A stretch of 32,000 nucleotides of DNA, from positions 5,378 to 37,377 of the forward strand of contig NZ_JAPNLH010000026.1 of assembly GCF_026627425.1 (NCBI RefSeq), read 5' to 3'. The number at the start of each line of letters is the position of its first letter. Within the stretch, counting starts at the first letter, position 1. Positions 1-9,559 of the stretch are shown piece after piece. Made by a program: the position numbers and the translations under genes. Origin of the DNA: Arthrobacter sp. H14-L1 (GTDB lineage Bacteria > Actinomycetota > Actinomycetes > Actinomycetales > Micrococcaceae). The notes beneath the pieces were generated by a model that saw only the letters and a program-made list of their open reading frames with translations, ran no database searches and was not told where the DNA came from.

Positions 1-468
1 CCGATCAGCGCCCATGCGCTGTTCGCCAAGCCTTTGGTGGTCTCACCGAAGTCGAAGCTCGCCGTGGAGGTCCTGACCCGTACCGAAGCGCACGGGGTGA
101 TGTGGTGCGACGGCCGGCGGACCATCGACCTCCCGCCCGGATCGCGGATTGAAGTGACCCGCTCGGCGAACCCCGTGCGGCTTGCCCGGATCTACCAGAC
201 GCCCTTCTCAGCGCGCTTAGTGCGCAAATTTGAACTCCCGATCGAAGGCTGGCGGGGCCGTCCCGGCGAAGAAGCGGCCGCGCGCACCTCGCAGATGCCG
301 ATCGTCAGCAGCCCGAAACCGAGGGCACCGGTCCGCACGCCGCTGCGCCATCCCGGTTCTGCGGGCAGTCAGCCGGAAACCGGCCGGCCGTGGAATCACG
401 AGCGCGGTGCCGGCGACCGCACCGCGGCGCCCGGACAGGCTGAAGGAGCTCCAACGCACCATGAGTGA
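1..468 (+). CDS. nadK: NAD kinase, 3' portion (5' end lies upstream of the window)
   Basis: Frame 1 is open from nt 1 (PISAHALFAKPLVVSPKSKL...). It carries the conserved NAD-kinase C-terminal block ...GVMWCDGRRTIDLPPGSRIEV...FSARLVRKFELPIEGWRG, followed by a ~70 aa Pro/Arg/Ala-rich tail. It lies directly upstream of recN, as in other actinobacteria. Confidence 0.85.
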   Translation, partial: PISAHALFAKPLVVSPKSKLAVEVLTRTEAHGVMWCDGRRTIDLPPGSRIEVTRSANPVRLARIYQTPFSARLVRKFELPIEGWRGRPGEEAAARTSQMPIVSSPKPRAPVRTPLRHPGSAGSQPETGRPWNHERGAGDRTAAPGQAEGAPTHHE

Positions 469-474
469 AGCCAT

Positions 475-2283
475 ATGATCGAGGAAATCCGCATTCGGGA
501 CCTGGGCGTCATTGCCGAAGCGACGCTTCCGCTGGGCCCGGGCCTGAGCGTTGTCAGCGGCGAGACCGGCGCGGGCAAAACCATGGTGGTCACCGCCGTC
601 GGCCTGTTGTTGGGTGCGCGTTCGGACGCCGGCGCCGTACGTACCGGCGCGAAGTCAGCCTCGGCGGAGGCATCCGTACGGCTTCCCCGCGGACACCGGG
701 CTCTGCTGCGCGCGCTGGAAGCCGGTGCAGACCTGGATGAGTTCGACGGCGGTTCTGCCAGCGGTGGCGGCTCCGGCAGTGACGGCGATTTCGACGGTGG
801 CGGCTCGGCCAGCGGCGTTCCCGCTACCAATGACGGACGGACCTTCGCCGGCCTGGTGCTGGCCCGAACCGTCGGCGCGGACGGCCGTAGCCGCGCACAT
901 GTGGGAGGCCGGCTGGCGCCCGTGGGCGTGCTCTCCGAGCTGGGTGAACAGCTGGTAGCAGTGCATGGTCAGTCGGACCAGATTCGGCTGAAGGGCAGTA
1001 CCGCGCAACGCGATGCCCTGGACAGGTTTGCCGGGGATTTCCAAAAGACTTTTGCCGCCGGGCTGGAGCAGTACCGGACTCTGTTCCGCCGTTGGCAGCA
1101 GGCTGAGTCGGAGCTCGAGGAGCTGCGGCACAACGGCAGGGAGCGGCTCCGGGAAGCCGAGACCCTGCGGCTGGCCCTGGCGGAGATTGACGAGGTGGAC
1201 CCGCAGGCGGGCGAGGATGACGTGCTGAAGGCGGAGTCCATCAAGCTGGCCAATCTGGAGGAACTGCGCCTGGCCTCGCAGCAGGCACGCGAGGCCCTGA
1301 TCACGGAGGATTTCGGCGCCGGCGCGGACGCCACCACCCTGGTTGATACGGCCAAACGATTGTTGGAAGGTGTCGCGGACCATGACGAGGAACTTCGAGC
1401 TGCCGCCGCACGGCTGACCGAAGCCGGCATCATTCTGGCGGACATTGCCCGTGACCTGGCGGGCTACTCAACGTCCTTGGACTCAGACGGCCCAGGCAGG
1501 CTCGCCGAGGTAGAAGACCGCAGGGGCGCCCTTGTCGTGCTGGTGCGCAAGTACGCCCCCTCCGTGGATGGTGTCTTGTCCTGGGCCGAAGAATCACGCG
1601 TCCGATTGGACGAGCTGCAGGATGATTCCGGCCGGATCGAGGCACTGGAGAAGGAGGTGGCAGCGGCCGCGGTGGAACTGGTGGATCTTTCCGCACGGCT
1701 CACCGCATCGCGGACCAAGGCCGCTGCTGAGCTGTCCCGACGGGTCAGCGCCGAACTGACGGCCCTTGCCATGCCCGATGCGAAACTCGTGATCGATATT
1801 TCCGCTGCGTCCGCGCCGGGAATCAACGGCGCGGACGAGATCGTCTTCCTGCTGCAGCCCCATACCGGTGCAGCTCCCCGGCCATTGGGCAAGGGCGCCT
1901 CCGGCGGTGAGCTCTCCCGGGTGATGCTGGCCATCGAGGTCGTGCTCGCGGCGGTGGATCCGGTACCCACCTTTGTTTTCGATGAGGTCGATGCCGGCGT
2001 GGGCGGCAAGGCTGCCGTGGAGATCGGCCGCCGGCTGGCCATGCTGGCCAAGCATGTGCAGGTCCTGGTGGTCACACACCTGCCGCAGGTAGCTGCCTTC
2101 GCGGACCAGCATATCCGCGTCACTAAGACCTCCGACGGCGGTTTCACATCCTCCGACGTGACACTGCTCGACGACGCCGGCCGGGTCCGCGAGCTGGCGC
2201 GGATGCTGGCGGGGCAGGAAGATTCCGCCACGGCCCAGGCCCATGCCCGCGAACTGCTGGACGAGGCGCGCAGCGGCCGCTAG
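475..2283 (+). CDS. recN: DNA repair protein RecN
   Basis: ATG at 475. N-terminus MIEEIRIRDLGVI... with Walker A GETGAGKT, long coiled-coil middle, SMC signature ASGGELSRVMLA and Walker B FVFDEVDAGVGG. 602 aa. Confidence 0.95.
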   Translation: MIEEIRIRDLGVIAEATLPLGPGLSVVSGETGAGKTMVVTAVGLLLGARSDAGAVRTGAKSASAEASVRLPRGHRALLRALEAGADLDEFDGGSASGGGSGSDGDFDGGGSASGVPATNDGRTFAGLVLARTVGADGRSRAHVGGRLAPVGVLSELGEQLVAVHGQSDQIRLKGSTAQRDALDRFAGDFQKTFAAGLEQYRTLFRRWQQAESELEELRHNGRERLREAETLRLALAEIDEVDPQAGEDDVLKAESIKLANLEELRLASQQAREALITEDFGAGADATTLVDTAKRLLEGVADHDEELRAAAARLTEAGIILADIARDLAGYSTSLDSDGPGRLAEVEDRRGALVVLVRKYAPSVDGVLSWAEESRVRLDELQDDSGRIEALEKEVAAAAVELVDLSARLTASRTKAAAELSRRVSAELTALAMPDAKLVIDISAASAPGINGADEIVFLLQPHTGAAPRPLGKGASGGELSRVMLAIEVVLAAVDPVPTFVFDEVDAGVGGKAAVEIGRRLAMLAKHVQVLVVTHLPQVAAFADQHIRVTKTSDGGFTSSDVTLLDDAGRVRELARMLAGQEDSATAQAHARELLDEARSGR

Positions 2284-2363
2284 CGCCCGTGGTCGATGGA
2301 GGCGGCTTGCGTTCCCGGTGCGGAAACTTCCATCGTGTCGGTGGGCGGTCGTAGGATCAAGGC

Positions 2364-3932
2364 ATGACGGATTCCACGAAGGACAAACTGGTTCTGGTCA
2401 CCGGAGCTACCGGCTATGTCGGTGGCAGGTTGGTGCCCAGGCTGCTCGCCGAGGGATACAAGGTGCGGGTTCTGGTGCGCTCGCCGCAAAAGCTGGAATC
2501 GGTTCCGTGGAGCGGGGACGTGGAAATTGTCCAGGGGGACCTGACGTCGGAGGAGGACACGACTGCCGCCTGCGGGGGCGTCCATACGTTGTTCTACCTT
2601 GTTCATGCAATGGGCTCGGGACCCGATTTTGCAGTGCAGGAATTGCAGACAGCGCGCACGGTGGCTGCCGCTGCCCAAACGGCTGGCGTTGACCGGATTG
2701 TTTACCTCGGCGGCCTGCACCCCGAGACCGGGGAATTGTCCCCGCATATGCGATCCCGCAGCGAGGTCGGCAGAACACTGCTCGCCGGCGCGGTGCCCGC
2801 AGTGGTGTTCCAGGCAGGCGTGGTGATCGGATCGGGTTCGGCCTCTTTTGAAATGATCCGTCACCTCACGGACAACCTCCCTGCAATGCCATCGCCGAGC
2901 TGGGTGCAGAACCGGATTGAGCCGATTGCGATCCGGGACGTCCTGCATTACCTGGTTGCCGCGCCGGGCATGCCCTCCGGGATCAACCGGACGTTTGATA
3001 TTGGCTCCCGGGAAGTGCTGACGTATGGAGCCCTGATGTATGGCTATGCTCATGAGGCGAAGCTGAGCCGGCGGTACATCTATGCGCTGCCGCTGCCAGC
3101 GCCCATGCTCGCCGGCTGGTGGGTGGCGCTGGTCACTCCCATTCCCCATTTCATGGCGGTTCCGCTGGTCGGATCCCTGCAGCACGAGGCCATTGCCCAG
3201 GAGCATGACATCGATGCATTCATCCCGTTGCCGCCGGAGGGTCTCACGCGCTACCGCAAGGCCGTGGAGCTGGCCCTGGGCAAACTGGCCAGTGACGAGG
3301 TCGTAACGAGTTGGGCTGGTGCCACCAACAGTCCGCCTTCTGATCCGTTGCCCAGCGACCCCGAGTGGGCAGGCCGGACCTTCTTCGTCGATCGGCGGGA
3401 GAAATCGACGGCGGTGGCACCAGAGTACGTTTGGCGAGTCATCGAGGGCATCGGCGGGCAGAACGGCTGGTACTCACTCCCGGCGGCTTGGTCAATCCGG
3501 GGTGTGTGGGACAAACTGGTCGGCGGGGCCGGGCTTAACCGCGGGCGCCGGAACGCGCAGAGGCTTTTTGTCGGCGACGCTGTGGACTGGTGGCGGGTAG
3601 AGAAGATCGAGGACGGAAGGCTGCTGCTGCTGCACGCGGAAATGCGGGTCCCCGGCGAGGCGTGGCTCGAATTTACCGCGGAACCCGACGGTGCCGGGAC
3701 TGTTTACCGGCAGCGGGCCATATACTTTCCGGCCGGACTGGCCGGAAAACTGTACTGGTGGGCAATTTTGCCGTTCCACGGTTTAATTTTTCCCTCGATG
3801 GCCAAGAACATCATTGGCCGGGCCGCCGATCTGGAACGGGAGGAGAAGCAGGCAGGACTTGAACCGGGGCGCGGCCCCGGCGAGGGGAGAAGCGCGGACG
3901 GTGCGGCCGCAGCCGGCAGCCAAAGATGCTAG
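2364..3932 (+). CDS. NAD(P)-binding SDR/NmrA-like protein with a C-terminal DUF2867-like domain
   Basis: Rossmann motif [16 protein letters not shown] at the N-terminus. The long C-terminal half ([20 protein letters not shown]...WRVE...) resembles the DUF2867/SRPBCC-type extension seen on atypical SDRs. The domain name is from memory. Confidence 0.75.
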   Translation: MTDSTKDKLVLVTGATGYVGGRLVPRLLAEGYKVRVLVRSPQKLESVPWSGDVEIVQGDLTSEEDTTAACGGVHTLFYLVHAMGSGPDFAVQELQTARTVAAAAQTAGVDRIVYLGGLHPETGELSPHMRSRSEVGRTLLAGAVPAVVFQAGVVIGSGSASFEMIRHLTDNLPAMPSPSWVQNRIEPIAIRDVLHYLVAAPGMPSGINRTFDIGSREVLTYGALMYGYAHEAKLSRRYIYALPLPAPMLAGWWVALVTPIPHFMAVPLVGSLQHEAIAQEHDIDAFIPLPPEGLTRYRKAVELALGKLASDEVVTSWAGATNSPPSDPLPSDPEWAGRTFFVDRREKSTAVAPEYVWRVIEGIGGQNGWYSLPAAWSIRGVWDKLVGGAGLNRGRRNAQRLFVGDAVDWWRVEKIEDGRLLLLHAEMRVPGEAWLEFTAEPDGAGTVYRQRAIYFPAGLAGKLYWWAILPFHGLIFPSMAKNIIGRAADLEREEKQAGLEPGRGPGEGRSADGAAAAGSQRC

Positions 3933-5632
3933 GCTCGAATCCCGTGGTGCATCGATCAAATTCCCGGTCCAGTGGTCAGTCCAAGACGACCAAACATATC
4001 TTCGTCACCGGTGGCGTGGCGTCTTCCCTGGGTAAGGGACTCTCGGCCTCCAGCCTCGGTCATCTGCTGAGGGCCCGCGGGCTTTCCGTCACGATGCAGA
4101 AACTCGATCCCTATCTCAACGTGGATCCCGGGACCATGAATCCCTTCCAACACGGCGAGGTTTTCGTCACCGATGACGGTGCAGAAACGGACCTCGACAT
4201 CGGTCACTACGAGCGCTTCCTGGACGAAAGCCTTGAAGGTTCGGCTAACGTGACCACCGGGCAGATCTACTCGACGGTGATCGCCAAGGAGCGTCGCGGC
4301 GAGTACCTGGGGGACACCGTCCAGGTCATCCCGCATATCACCGATGAGATTAAGCGCCGGATGCGGCTGGCCGCGGACGGCACGAACGCACCGGATGTGA
4401 TCATCACCGAAATCGGCGGCACGGTCGGGGATATCGAATCCCAGCCATTCCTCGAATCGGCCCGCCAGGTCCGTCAGGACGTCGGCCGCAATAACGTGTT
4501 CTTCCTGCATGTTTCGCTGGTGCCGTACATTGGTCCGTCGCAGGAGCTCAAGACCAAACCCACGCAGCATTCCGTGGCCGCGCTGCGTTCCCTGGGAATT
4601 CAGCCGGATGCAATCATTTTGCGTTCGGACCGCGAGCTGCCCGATTCCATGCGGGAGAAGATCGGCCGCGCCTGCGACGTTGACGTCGACGCCGTCATCG
4701 GCTGTCCCGATGCTCCCAGCATTTACGACATTCCGAAGACCCTGCACTCGCAGGGCCTGGATTCCTACATTGTCCGGGCGCTGGACCTGCCGTTCAAGGA
4801 CGTGGACTGGACCAAATGGGATGCGCTGCTGGAAGCCGTCCACAATCCGGCCCACGACGTCGAAATTGCCTTGGTGGGTAAGTACATCGACCTGCCCGAC
4901 GCCTACCTTTCGGTCACGGAGGCACTACGCGCCGGTGGCTTTGCCAACCAGACGCGGGTGAAAATCCGCTGGGTCCCCTCGGATATTTGTGCCACTCCAG
5001 CGGGCGCGGCGAAGGCGCTCGACGGCGTCGACGCCATCTGTGTGCCGGGCGGTTTTGGAATCCGGGGACTGGAAGGGAAGCTGGGTGCGCTGACCTTTGC
5101 GCGCGAAACCCAGCTGCCTTCCTTGGGCCTCTGTCTGGGCCTGCAGTGCATGGTGATCGAATACGCCCGCAATGTGGTGGGGCTGGACGGCGCGTCATCG
5201 AGCGAATTCGAGCCGGACTCCGCCTATCCGGTGATCGCGACCATGGAAGAGCAGCTGGACATCGTGGAAGGCCGGGGCGACCTGGGCGGAACCATGCGCC
5301 TGGGCCTATATGAGGCCAGGCTGGACGCGGGCTCAGTCGTCGCGCAGACCTACGGCAAAACCACGGTCAGCGAACGGCACCGCCACCGTTACGAGGTGAA
5401 CAACAAGTACCGCGACCAGATTGCGGCCAAGGGGCTGGTCTTCTCCGGCACGTCACCGGACGGCAAACTGGTGGAGTTTGTGGAACTTCCCAAGGACGTC
5501 CACCCTTACTACGTGGCCACGCAGGCCCACCCCGAACTGAGCTCGCGCCCCACGCGCCCGCATCCGCTGTTTGCCGGATTGGTGACCGCTGCACTGGAAC
5601 GTCAGCGCTCCACGCGCCTGCTCGAGGTCTGA
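3926..5632 (+). CDS. pyrG: CTP synthase
   Basis: [17 protein letters not shown] synthetase N-terminus and GATase active-site region GLCLGLQCM. 568 aa from the ATG at 3926, which overlaps the upstream stop by 7 nt. The true start could be a few codons downstream. Confidence 0.93.
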   Translation: MLGSNPVVHRSNSRSSGQSKTTKHIFVTGGVASSLGKGLSASSLGHLLRARGLSVTMQKLDPYLNVDPGTMNPFQHGEVFVTDDGAETDLDIGHYERFLDESLEGSANVTTGQIYSTVIAKERRGEYLGDTVQVIPHITDEIKRRMRLAADGTNAPDVIITEIGGTVGDIESQPFLESARQVRQDVGRNNVFFLHVSLVPYIGPSQELKTKPTQHSVAALRSLGIQPDAIILRSDRELPDSMREKIGRACDVDVDAVIGCPDAPSIYDIPKTLHSQGLDSYIVRALDLPFKDVDWTKWDALLEAVHNPAHDVEIALVGKYIDLPDAYLSVTEALRAGGFANQTRVKIRWVPSDICATPAGAAKALDGVDAICVPGGFGIRGLEGKLGALTFARETQLPSLGLCLGLQCMVIEYARNVVGLDGASSSEFEPDSAYPVIATMEEQLDIVEGRGDLGGTMRLGLYEARLDAGSVVAQTYGKTTVSERHRHRYEVNNKYRDQIAAKGLVFSGTSPDGKLVEFVELPKDVHPYYVATQAHPELSSRPTRPHPLFAGLVTAALERQRSTRLLEV

Positions 5633-5634
5633 GC

Positions 5635-6315
5635 ATGATGATAAATCCGGACGGTGCGCTGGGCCGCAGCGTGGACGACGGTGAAAGCCTCGCAGACTCG
5701 CTCAGCCCGCGTGAACTCGTGTCCTCCACAACGGTCTACCGGGGCCGGATCTGGGATGTCGTCAGCGATACTTTTGTTTTGCGGGACGCCGGGAAGCAGC
5801 TGACGCGGGATTACATTACCCATCCGGGAGCGGTGGCCGTGCTGGTGATGAATGCCGCCGGTGAGGTCTTGATGATCAGCCAGTACCGGCATCCGGTGGG
5901 GATGACGCTATGGGAGATCCCGGCCGGGCTCCTGGACGTCTCCGGCGAGGACTACGTTGAGGCCGCTGCCCGTGAGTTGGCCGAGGAAGCGGATCTGGTC
6001 GCCTCCCAGTGGCTGGTCCTGGCGGATGTTTTCAATTCGCCCGGATCCTCCAGCGAAGCGATCAGGATTTATTTGGCGCGGGGGCTTACCGAAGTGGATG
6101 CGGGGCTCCGGCACACCCGCACCGACGAGGAAGCGGAAATACGGTTCGCCTGGGTCTCTCTGGAGGACGCGGTCGCAGCGGTTCTGGACGGTTCCTTGCA
6201 TAACCCCTCTGCCGTCGTCGGCATACTCGCCGCAGCGGCCGCACGCGCCAGCGGTTTCGCCACCCTGCGTCCGGCCGATGCTCCCTGGCCGGCCCATCCG
6301 GACCAGCGCCAATAA
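5635..6315 (+). CDS. NUDIX hydrolase (ADP-ribose pyrophosphatase-like)
   Basis: Nudix box [27 protein letters not shown] lies 2 nt after the pyrG stop. The pyrG-nudix-xerD order is conserved in actinobacteria. Confidence 0.85.
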   Translation: MMINPDGALGRSVDDGESLADSLSPRELVSSTTVYRGRIWDVVSDTFVLRDAGKQLTRDYITHPGAVAVLVMNAAGEVLMISQYRHPVGMTLWEIPAGLLDVSGEDYVEAAARELAEEADLVASQWLVLADVFNSPGSSSEAIRIYLARGLTEVDAGLRHTRTDEEAEIRFAWVSLEDAVAAVLDGSLHNPSAVVGILAAAAARASGFATLRPADAPWPAHPDQRQ

Positions 6316-6316
6316 C

Positions 6317-7291
6317 GTGGATCCCCTCCCGCCGGCGTTGGAGCGGGCCGTGACCGACTACCTGCAGCATGTGGGTGTTGAGCGAGGTCTGGCACCCAAT
6401 ACTCTCAGCGCCTACCGGCGGGATCTGGGACGGTATCAGCGGTTCCTGGCTAAATCCGGCGTGCAGGCACCGGGGGAGATCACGCGGCACCATGTCACGG
6501 GCTTCTCGCTGACCATTGCTGAGGGCACCGACGGGTCCGCAGCGCTAGGCGTCCGGTCCGCGGCGAGGACCATTGTGGCCGTGCGGGGTCTGCATAAATT
6601 CTGGGCGTTGGAAGGGATGACGGCGACAGATCCGGCCGCGGACGTGCACCCTCCCATGGCGGGACGACGCCTGCCCAAGGCCATCAGCGTAGCCGAGGTG
6701 ACCCGATTGCTGGAGGCAGCCGGAGCGGACACTGCCACGGGATTGCGCGACCGCGCATTGCTCGAGTTCCTTTACTCCACCGGTTCCCGAATCAGCGAGG
6801 CCGTAGGGCTGGACGTGGACGACGTCGCGGTTGGTGCGGGCAGTGGCGTCCACGGCGCCTCGGGTTCGGCCGGTAGCCCTGCGGTGGTGCGGCTCTTTGG
6901 CAAGGGTTCCAAGGAACGCATGGTGCCGCTGGGCTCTTACGGGGCTCGGGCAGTACAGGCATATTTGGTGCGCGGCCGGCCCTTGCTGGCGGCCAAGGGC
7001 AAGGGCAGCCCCGCGCTATTCCTGAACGCCAGGGGCGGTCGAATCAGCCGGCAAAGTGCGTGGACCATTCTAAAGGTCGCGGCCGAGAAGGCAGAAATCA
7101 GTGCAGTCGTCTCACCGCACACGCTGCGGCATTCATTCGCCACGCATCTGCTGGAGGGGGGCGCCGATGTACGCGTCGTCCAGGAGTTGCTGGGCCACGC
7201 TTCGGTGACCACGACGCAGGTCTACACGCTGGTGACAGTGGAAACACTGCGGGAGGTCTACGCCGCCGCACACCCTCGCGCACTGGGGTAA
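6317..7291 (+). CDS. xerD: Tyrosine recombinase XerD
   Basis: The track ORF 5957-7291 is over-extended across the NUDIX gene. An in-frame GTG at 6317 (1 nt after the NUDIX stop) gives [37 protein letters not shown]... The catalytic region [12 protein letters not shown]...[14 protein letters not shown] is present. Confidence 0.9.
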   Translation: MDPLPPALERAVTDYLQHVGVERGLAPNTLSAYRRDLGRYQRFLAKSGVQAPGEITRHHVTGFSLTIAEGTDGSAALGVRSAARTIVAVRGLHKFWALEGMTATDPAADVHPPMAGRRLPKAISVAEVTRLLEAAGADTATGLRDRALLEFLYSTGSRISEAVGLDVDDVAVGAGSGVHGASGSAGSPAVVRLFGKGSKERMVPLGSYGARAVQAYLVRGRPLLAAKGKGSPALFLNARGGRISRQSAWTILKVAAEKAEISAVVSPHTLRHSFATHLLEGGADVRVVQELLGHASVTTTQVYTLVTVETLREVYAAAHPRALG

Positions 7292-7404
7292 CCCTGGATC
7301 GGGCCGTGGTAGTACTTGTGAGGTACTGGGCCAGCCGCGGTAAAGCATCAAGGCTGACCGGCAGCCGGACTGATTCCTGGCCTGCAGCCACGTACGCTGG
7401 GACC

Positions 7405-7911
7405 ATGACTGCTGCCGAGGTAACCCTGTGCTTCCTGCTCCGTGACGAGGATGGCCGGCAGGATGTGCTGCTGGGGCTGAAAAAGTCCGGCTTCGGCACC
7501 GGTAAGGTCGTGGGAATTGGCGGGCATCTGGAGCCGGGGGAGAGCGCCGCGCAGGCCATTTGCCGCGAGGTGGCCGAAGAAGTACATGTCCACGTCGAGG
7601 AATGCAGCCTGCTTGACGCCGGGACGGTTGACTTTGTTTTCCCCGCGAAACCTCAGTGGGACATGCACACTACGGTGTTTCTCAGCCGGCGATGGGAGGG
7701 CCAGCCCACCGAAAGCTCAGAGATTGCCCCGCAGTGGCATCCGGTCAGCACGCTGCCGCACGAACAAATGTGGGCGGACTCCCTCCGGTGGCTGCCACCC
7801 ATGTTGGCCGGGGAACGGCTGGCGGTGCGGGTAGTGCTCAATGCGGACAACGAAACCGTGGCCAATTACACAGCTAAGCCCTTGCTCAAACCGGCCGTAT
7901 CTGAAAAATGA
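7405..7911 (+). CDS. NUDIX hydrolase (MutT/MTH1-like 8-oxo-dGTPase type)
   Basis: The track ORF 7060-7911 is trimmed to the ATG at 7405 (MTAAEVTLCFLLRDEDG...). Nudix box GGHLEPGESAAQAICREVAEEVHV and C-terminal MWADSLRWLPPML motif. Confidence 0.8.
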   Translation: MTAAEVTLCFLLRDEDGRQDVLLGLKKSGFGTGKVVGIGGHLEPGESAAQAICREVAEEVHVHVEECSLLDAGTVDFVFPAKPQWDMHTTVFLSRRWEGQPTESSEIAPQWHPVSTLPHEQMWADSLRWLPPMLAGERLAVRVVLNADNETVANYTAKPLLKPAVSEK

Positions 7912-7970
7912 CGCGCAGCCACGCGCAGTCACGCTGAGTCACGCGCACTTACGCGCAGCCACGCGCACCG
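7911..7970. repeat. Six tandem copies of a 10-bp unit (consensus ACGCGCAGCC)
   Basis: Read directly: ACGCGCAGCC ACGCGCAGTC ACGCTGAGTC ACGCGCACTT ACGCGCAGCC ACGCGCACCG. The array starts at the last base of the NUDIX stop codon, in the gap between convergent genes. Confidence 0.9.
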
Positions 7971-8022
7971 CGAACGTCATGCTCCCGCCGGCTGCCGTCA
8001 TATTTCGGGACACGTGGCCGCG

Positions 8023-8355
8023 TCAGCGGCCCTTGGCCACCGTCAGCAGCACGGAGGCCGCTTCGATGGCACGCAGTGAATGCCGGGCCTCCGGCACGAT
8101 CAGCAGGTCTCCCGGCGAGCCCTCCCACGACGTCTCGCCGGATGCCAGCTCAACACGTCCGCTGAGTACGTAAAGGGTGGCTTCGCCCGGATTCTCGTGC
8201 TCATCGAGTTGCTGCCCCGTATCCAAAGCGATCACCGTCTGGCGCAGAATATGCTCATGACCACCGTAGACCGTCTTGGCGCTCCGCCCGCTGGAGGAGG
8301 CTTGCGCCGTGGCAAGCTGTTCTCGGGCCAGAGCCTTGAGCGAAGATTTTTCCAT
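8023..8355 (-). CDS. Small cupin-domain protein
   Basis: The track ORF starts at a TTG (8367). The ATG at 8355 has a GGAG 6 nt upstream. Cupin-like core ...HENPGEATLYVLSGRVELASGETSWEGSPGDLLIVP. It starts 58 nt downstream of the prpC stop, on the same strand. Confidence 0.7.
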   Translation of the reverse strand: MEKSSLKALAREQLATAQASSSGRSAKTVYGGHEHILRQTVIALDTGQQLDEHENPGEATLYVLSGRVELASGETSWEGSPGDLLIVPEARHSLRAIEAASVLLTVAKGR

Positions 8356-8413
8356 TCTGTGCTCCAACTTCTCGTGGTTTTCAGGGGGACCGGCCTATTA
8401 GGGCACGGGTCTT

Positions 8414-9559
8414 TCAGGGCACCTGGCGTTCGTCCACGCCGTTGTACTCGCTCAACGGGCGGATCAGCGAATTCGCCTCGAGCTGCTCCATCACATGCGC
8501 GGTCCAGCCGGTGATGCGGCTGGCCACGAATAACGGGGTGAACATCTCGGTGTCGAATCCCATCAGGTGATACACCGGCCCGGTGGGGTAATCCAGGTTT
8601 GGCTTGATGTTCTTTGCCTGTGCCATGGCGGATTCCATGGTCGCGTACAGCTCACCCAAATCGGGCCGGTTGTAGTGTTCCACCATGATGTCCAGCGAGG
8701 CCTTCATGGTCGGCACCCGCGAGTCGCCGTTCTTGTAGACACGGTGCCCGAAGCCCATGATCTTCTTCTTGTTGGCCAGTGCATTGTCGAGCCATTTTTG
8801 CGTTGCTTCACCGACGTTCCCACCGGCTGGCAGGGACTTAGTGATCTCGTCAAAGGTGTGCATGACGGCCTCATTGGCTCCACCGTGCAACGGCCCCTTG
8901 AGCGCACCGATGGCCCCGGTCACGGCGGAATGCAGATCCGCCAGGGTCGAGGCGATCACCCGTGCGGTGAACGTGGACGCATTGAAGGAGTGCTCCGCAT
9001 AGAGAATCATCGAGACGTTGAACGCCTCCACGACCTCGGGGGCGGCTTCCTGGCCGAAGGTCATGTAGAGAAAGTTGGCGGAGTAGCTCAGGTCTCCGCG
9101 GGCCGGCACCTCCGCAAGAGAGCGACGGCGGCGCTGGTCATAGGCGACGACGGCGGGCATGGCCGCGAGCAGGTCAACGCCCTTCTTCAGGTTTGCCTCA
9201 TGGGAGTTGTCCGCCGCCAGGGGATGCGAAGCACCGAGAACGCTGGCCGCGGTCCGGCAGACGTCCATTGGGTGCGTCGTGGTGGGCAGCAGGTCAATGG
9301 CTTCCTTGACGATCCGCTCGAGCCCCCGACCGTCACGTTCGGCCTGCTCAAATCCGGCCAGCTGGTCCGGCGTTGGCAGTTCGCCGTACCACAGCAGGTA
9401 GGCGACCTGTTCAAAGCTGCATTTGGCTGCCAGCTCCTGGACAGGATAGCCGCGGTACAGCAGCGAGTTGGTCTCCGAATTGACCTTGGAGATTTTCGTG
9501 GTGTCCGCCACTACGCCAGCAAGACCCTTATGGATGGTGGTTTCAGATGTTGATGTCAT
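8414..9559 (-). CDS. prpC: 2-methylcitrate synthase (citrate synthase family)
   Basis: 381 aa with citrate-synthase signature GFGHRVYKNGDSR. N-terminus ...GLAGVVADTTKISKV...LLYRGYPVQELA. ATGA overlap with the prpB stop (9556-9559). Lies within a prpD-prpB-prpC cluster. Confidence 0.9.
   Translation of the reverse strand: MTSTSETTIHKGLAGVVADTTKISKVNSETNSLLYRGYPVQELAAKCSFEQVAYLLWYGELPTPDQLAGFEQAERDGRGLERIVKEAIDLLPTTTHPMDVCRTAASVLGASHPLAADNSHEANLKKGVDLLAAMPAVVAYDQRRRRSLAEVPARGDLSYSANFLYMTFGQEAAPEVVEAFNVSMILYAEHSFNASTFTARVIASTLADLHSAVTGAIGALKGPLHGGANEAVMHTFDEITKSLPAGGNVGEATQKWLDNALANKKKIMGFGHRVYKNGDSRVPTMKASLDIMVEHYNRPDLGELYATMESAMAQAKNIKPNLDYPTGPVYHLMGFDTEMFTPLFVASRITGWTAHVMEQLEANSLIRPLSEYNGVDERQVP

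Noticed and set aside
230-478. Alternative-frame 82-aa ORF overlapping the nadK tail and ending in an ATGA overlap with recN.
   Set aside because: Its translation is extremely Arg/Ala-rich and protein-unlike. Frame 1 (the nadK tail) has the better third-position G/C pattern. It is kept only as a caveat in the nadK-tail finding.
5957-7291. Over-extended N-termini in the ORF track: xerD from 5957, NUDIX from 7060, prpB from 10848, GntR from 12844, the protease from 24235, the 232-aa protein from 26931, hypB from 31785 and the ABC ATPase from 19848.
   Set aside because: The upstream portions overlap the preceding genes, look off-frame in composition, and precede clear conserved N-termini with good RBS or ATGA-type coupling. 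Starts were moved downstream.
6317-7291. A tyrosine recombinase as a marker of an integrated mobile element or island boundary.
   Set aside because: The sequence and the pyrG-nudix-xerD synteny identify it as housekeeping XerD. No flanking direct repeats, tRNA or phage/transposon genes are present.
7911-7970. The 10-bp tandem array considered as a CRISPR array or as coding sequence (ORF 7841-8173).
   Set aside because: There are no spacers, the unit is far too short for a CRISPR array, and no cas genes are present. The ORF across it is a composition artefact running antisense into the cupin gene.
8567-9553. 328-aa ORF on the + strand antisense to prpC. Similar long antisense ORFs occur at 10698-11771 (+, over prpD), 29573-30661 (+, over hhyS), 28896-29576 (+, over hhyL), 22203-22973 (minus, over the orphan gene), 3956-4855 (minus, over pyrG) and 1464-2231 (minus, over recN).
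   Set aside because: These are shadow ORFs typical of GC-rich DNA. Their translations are Arg/Gly/Pro/His-rich with no motifs, while the opposite strand encodes unmistakable conserved proteins.
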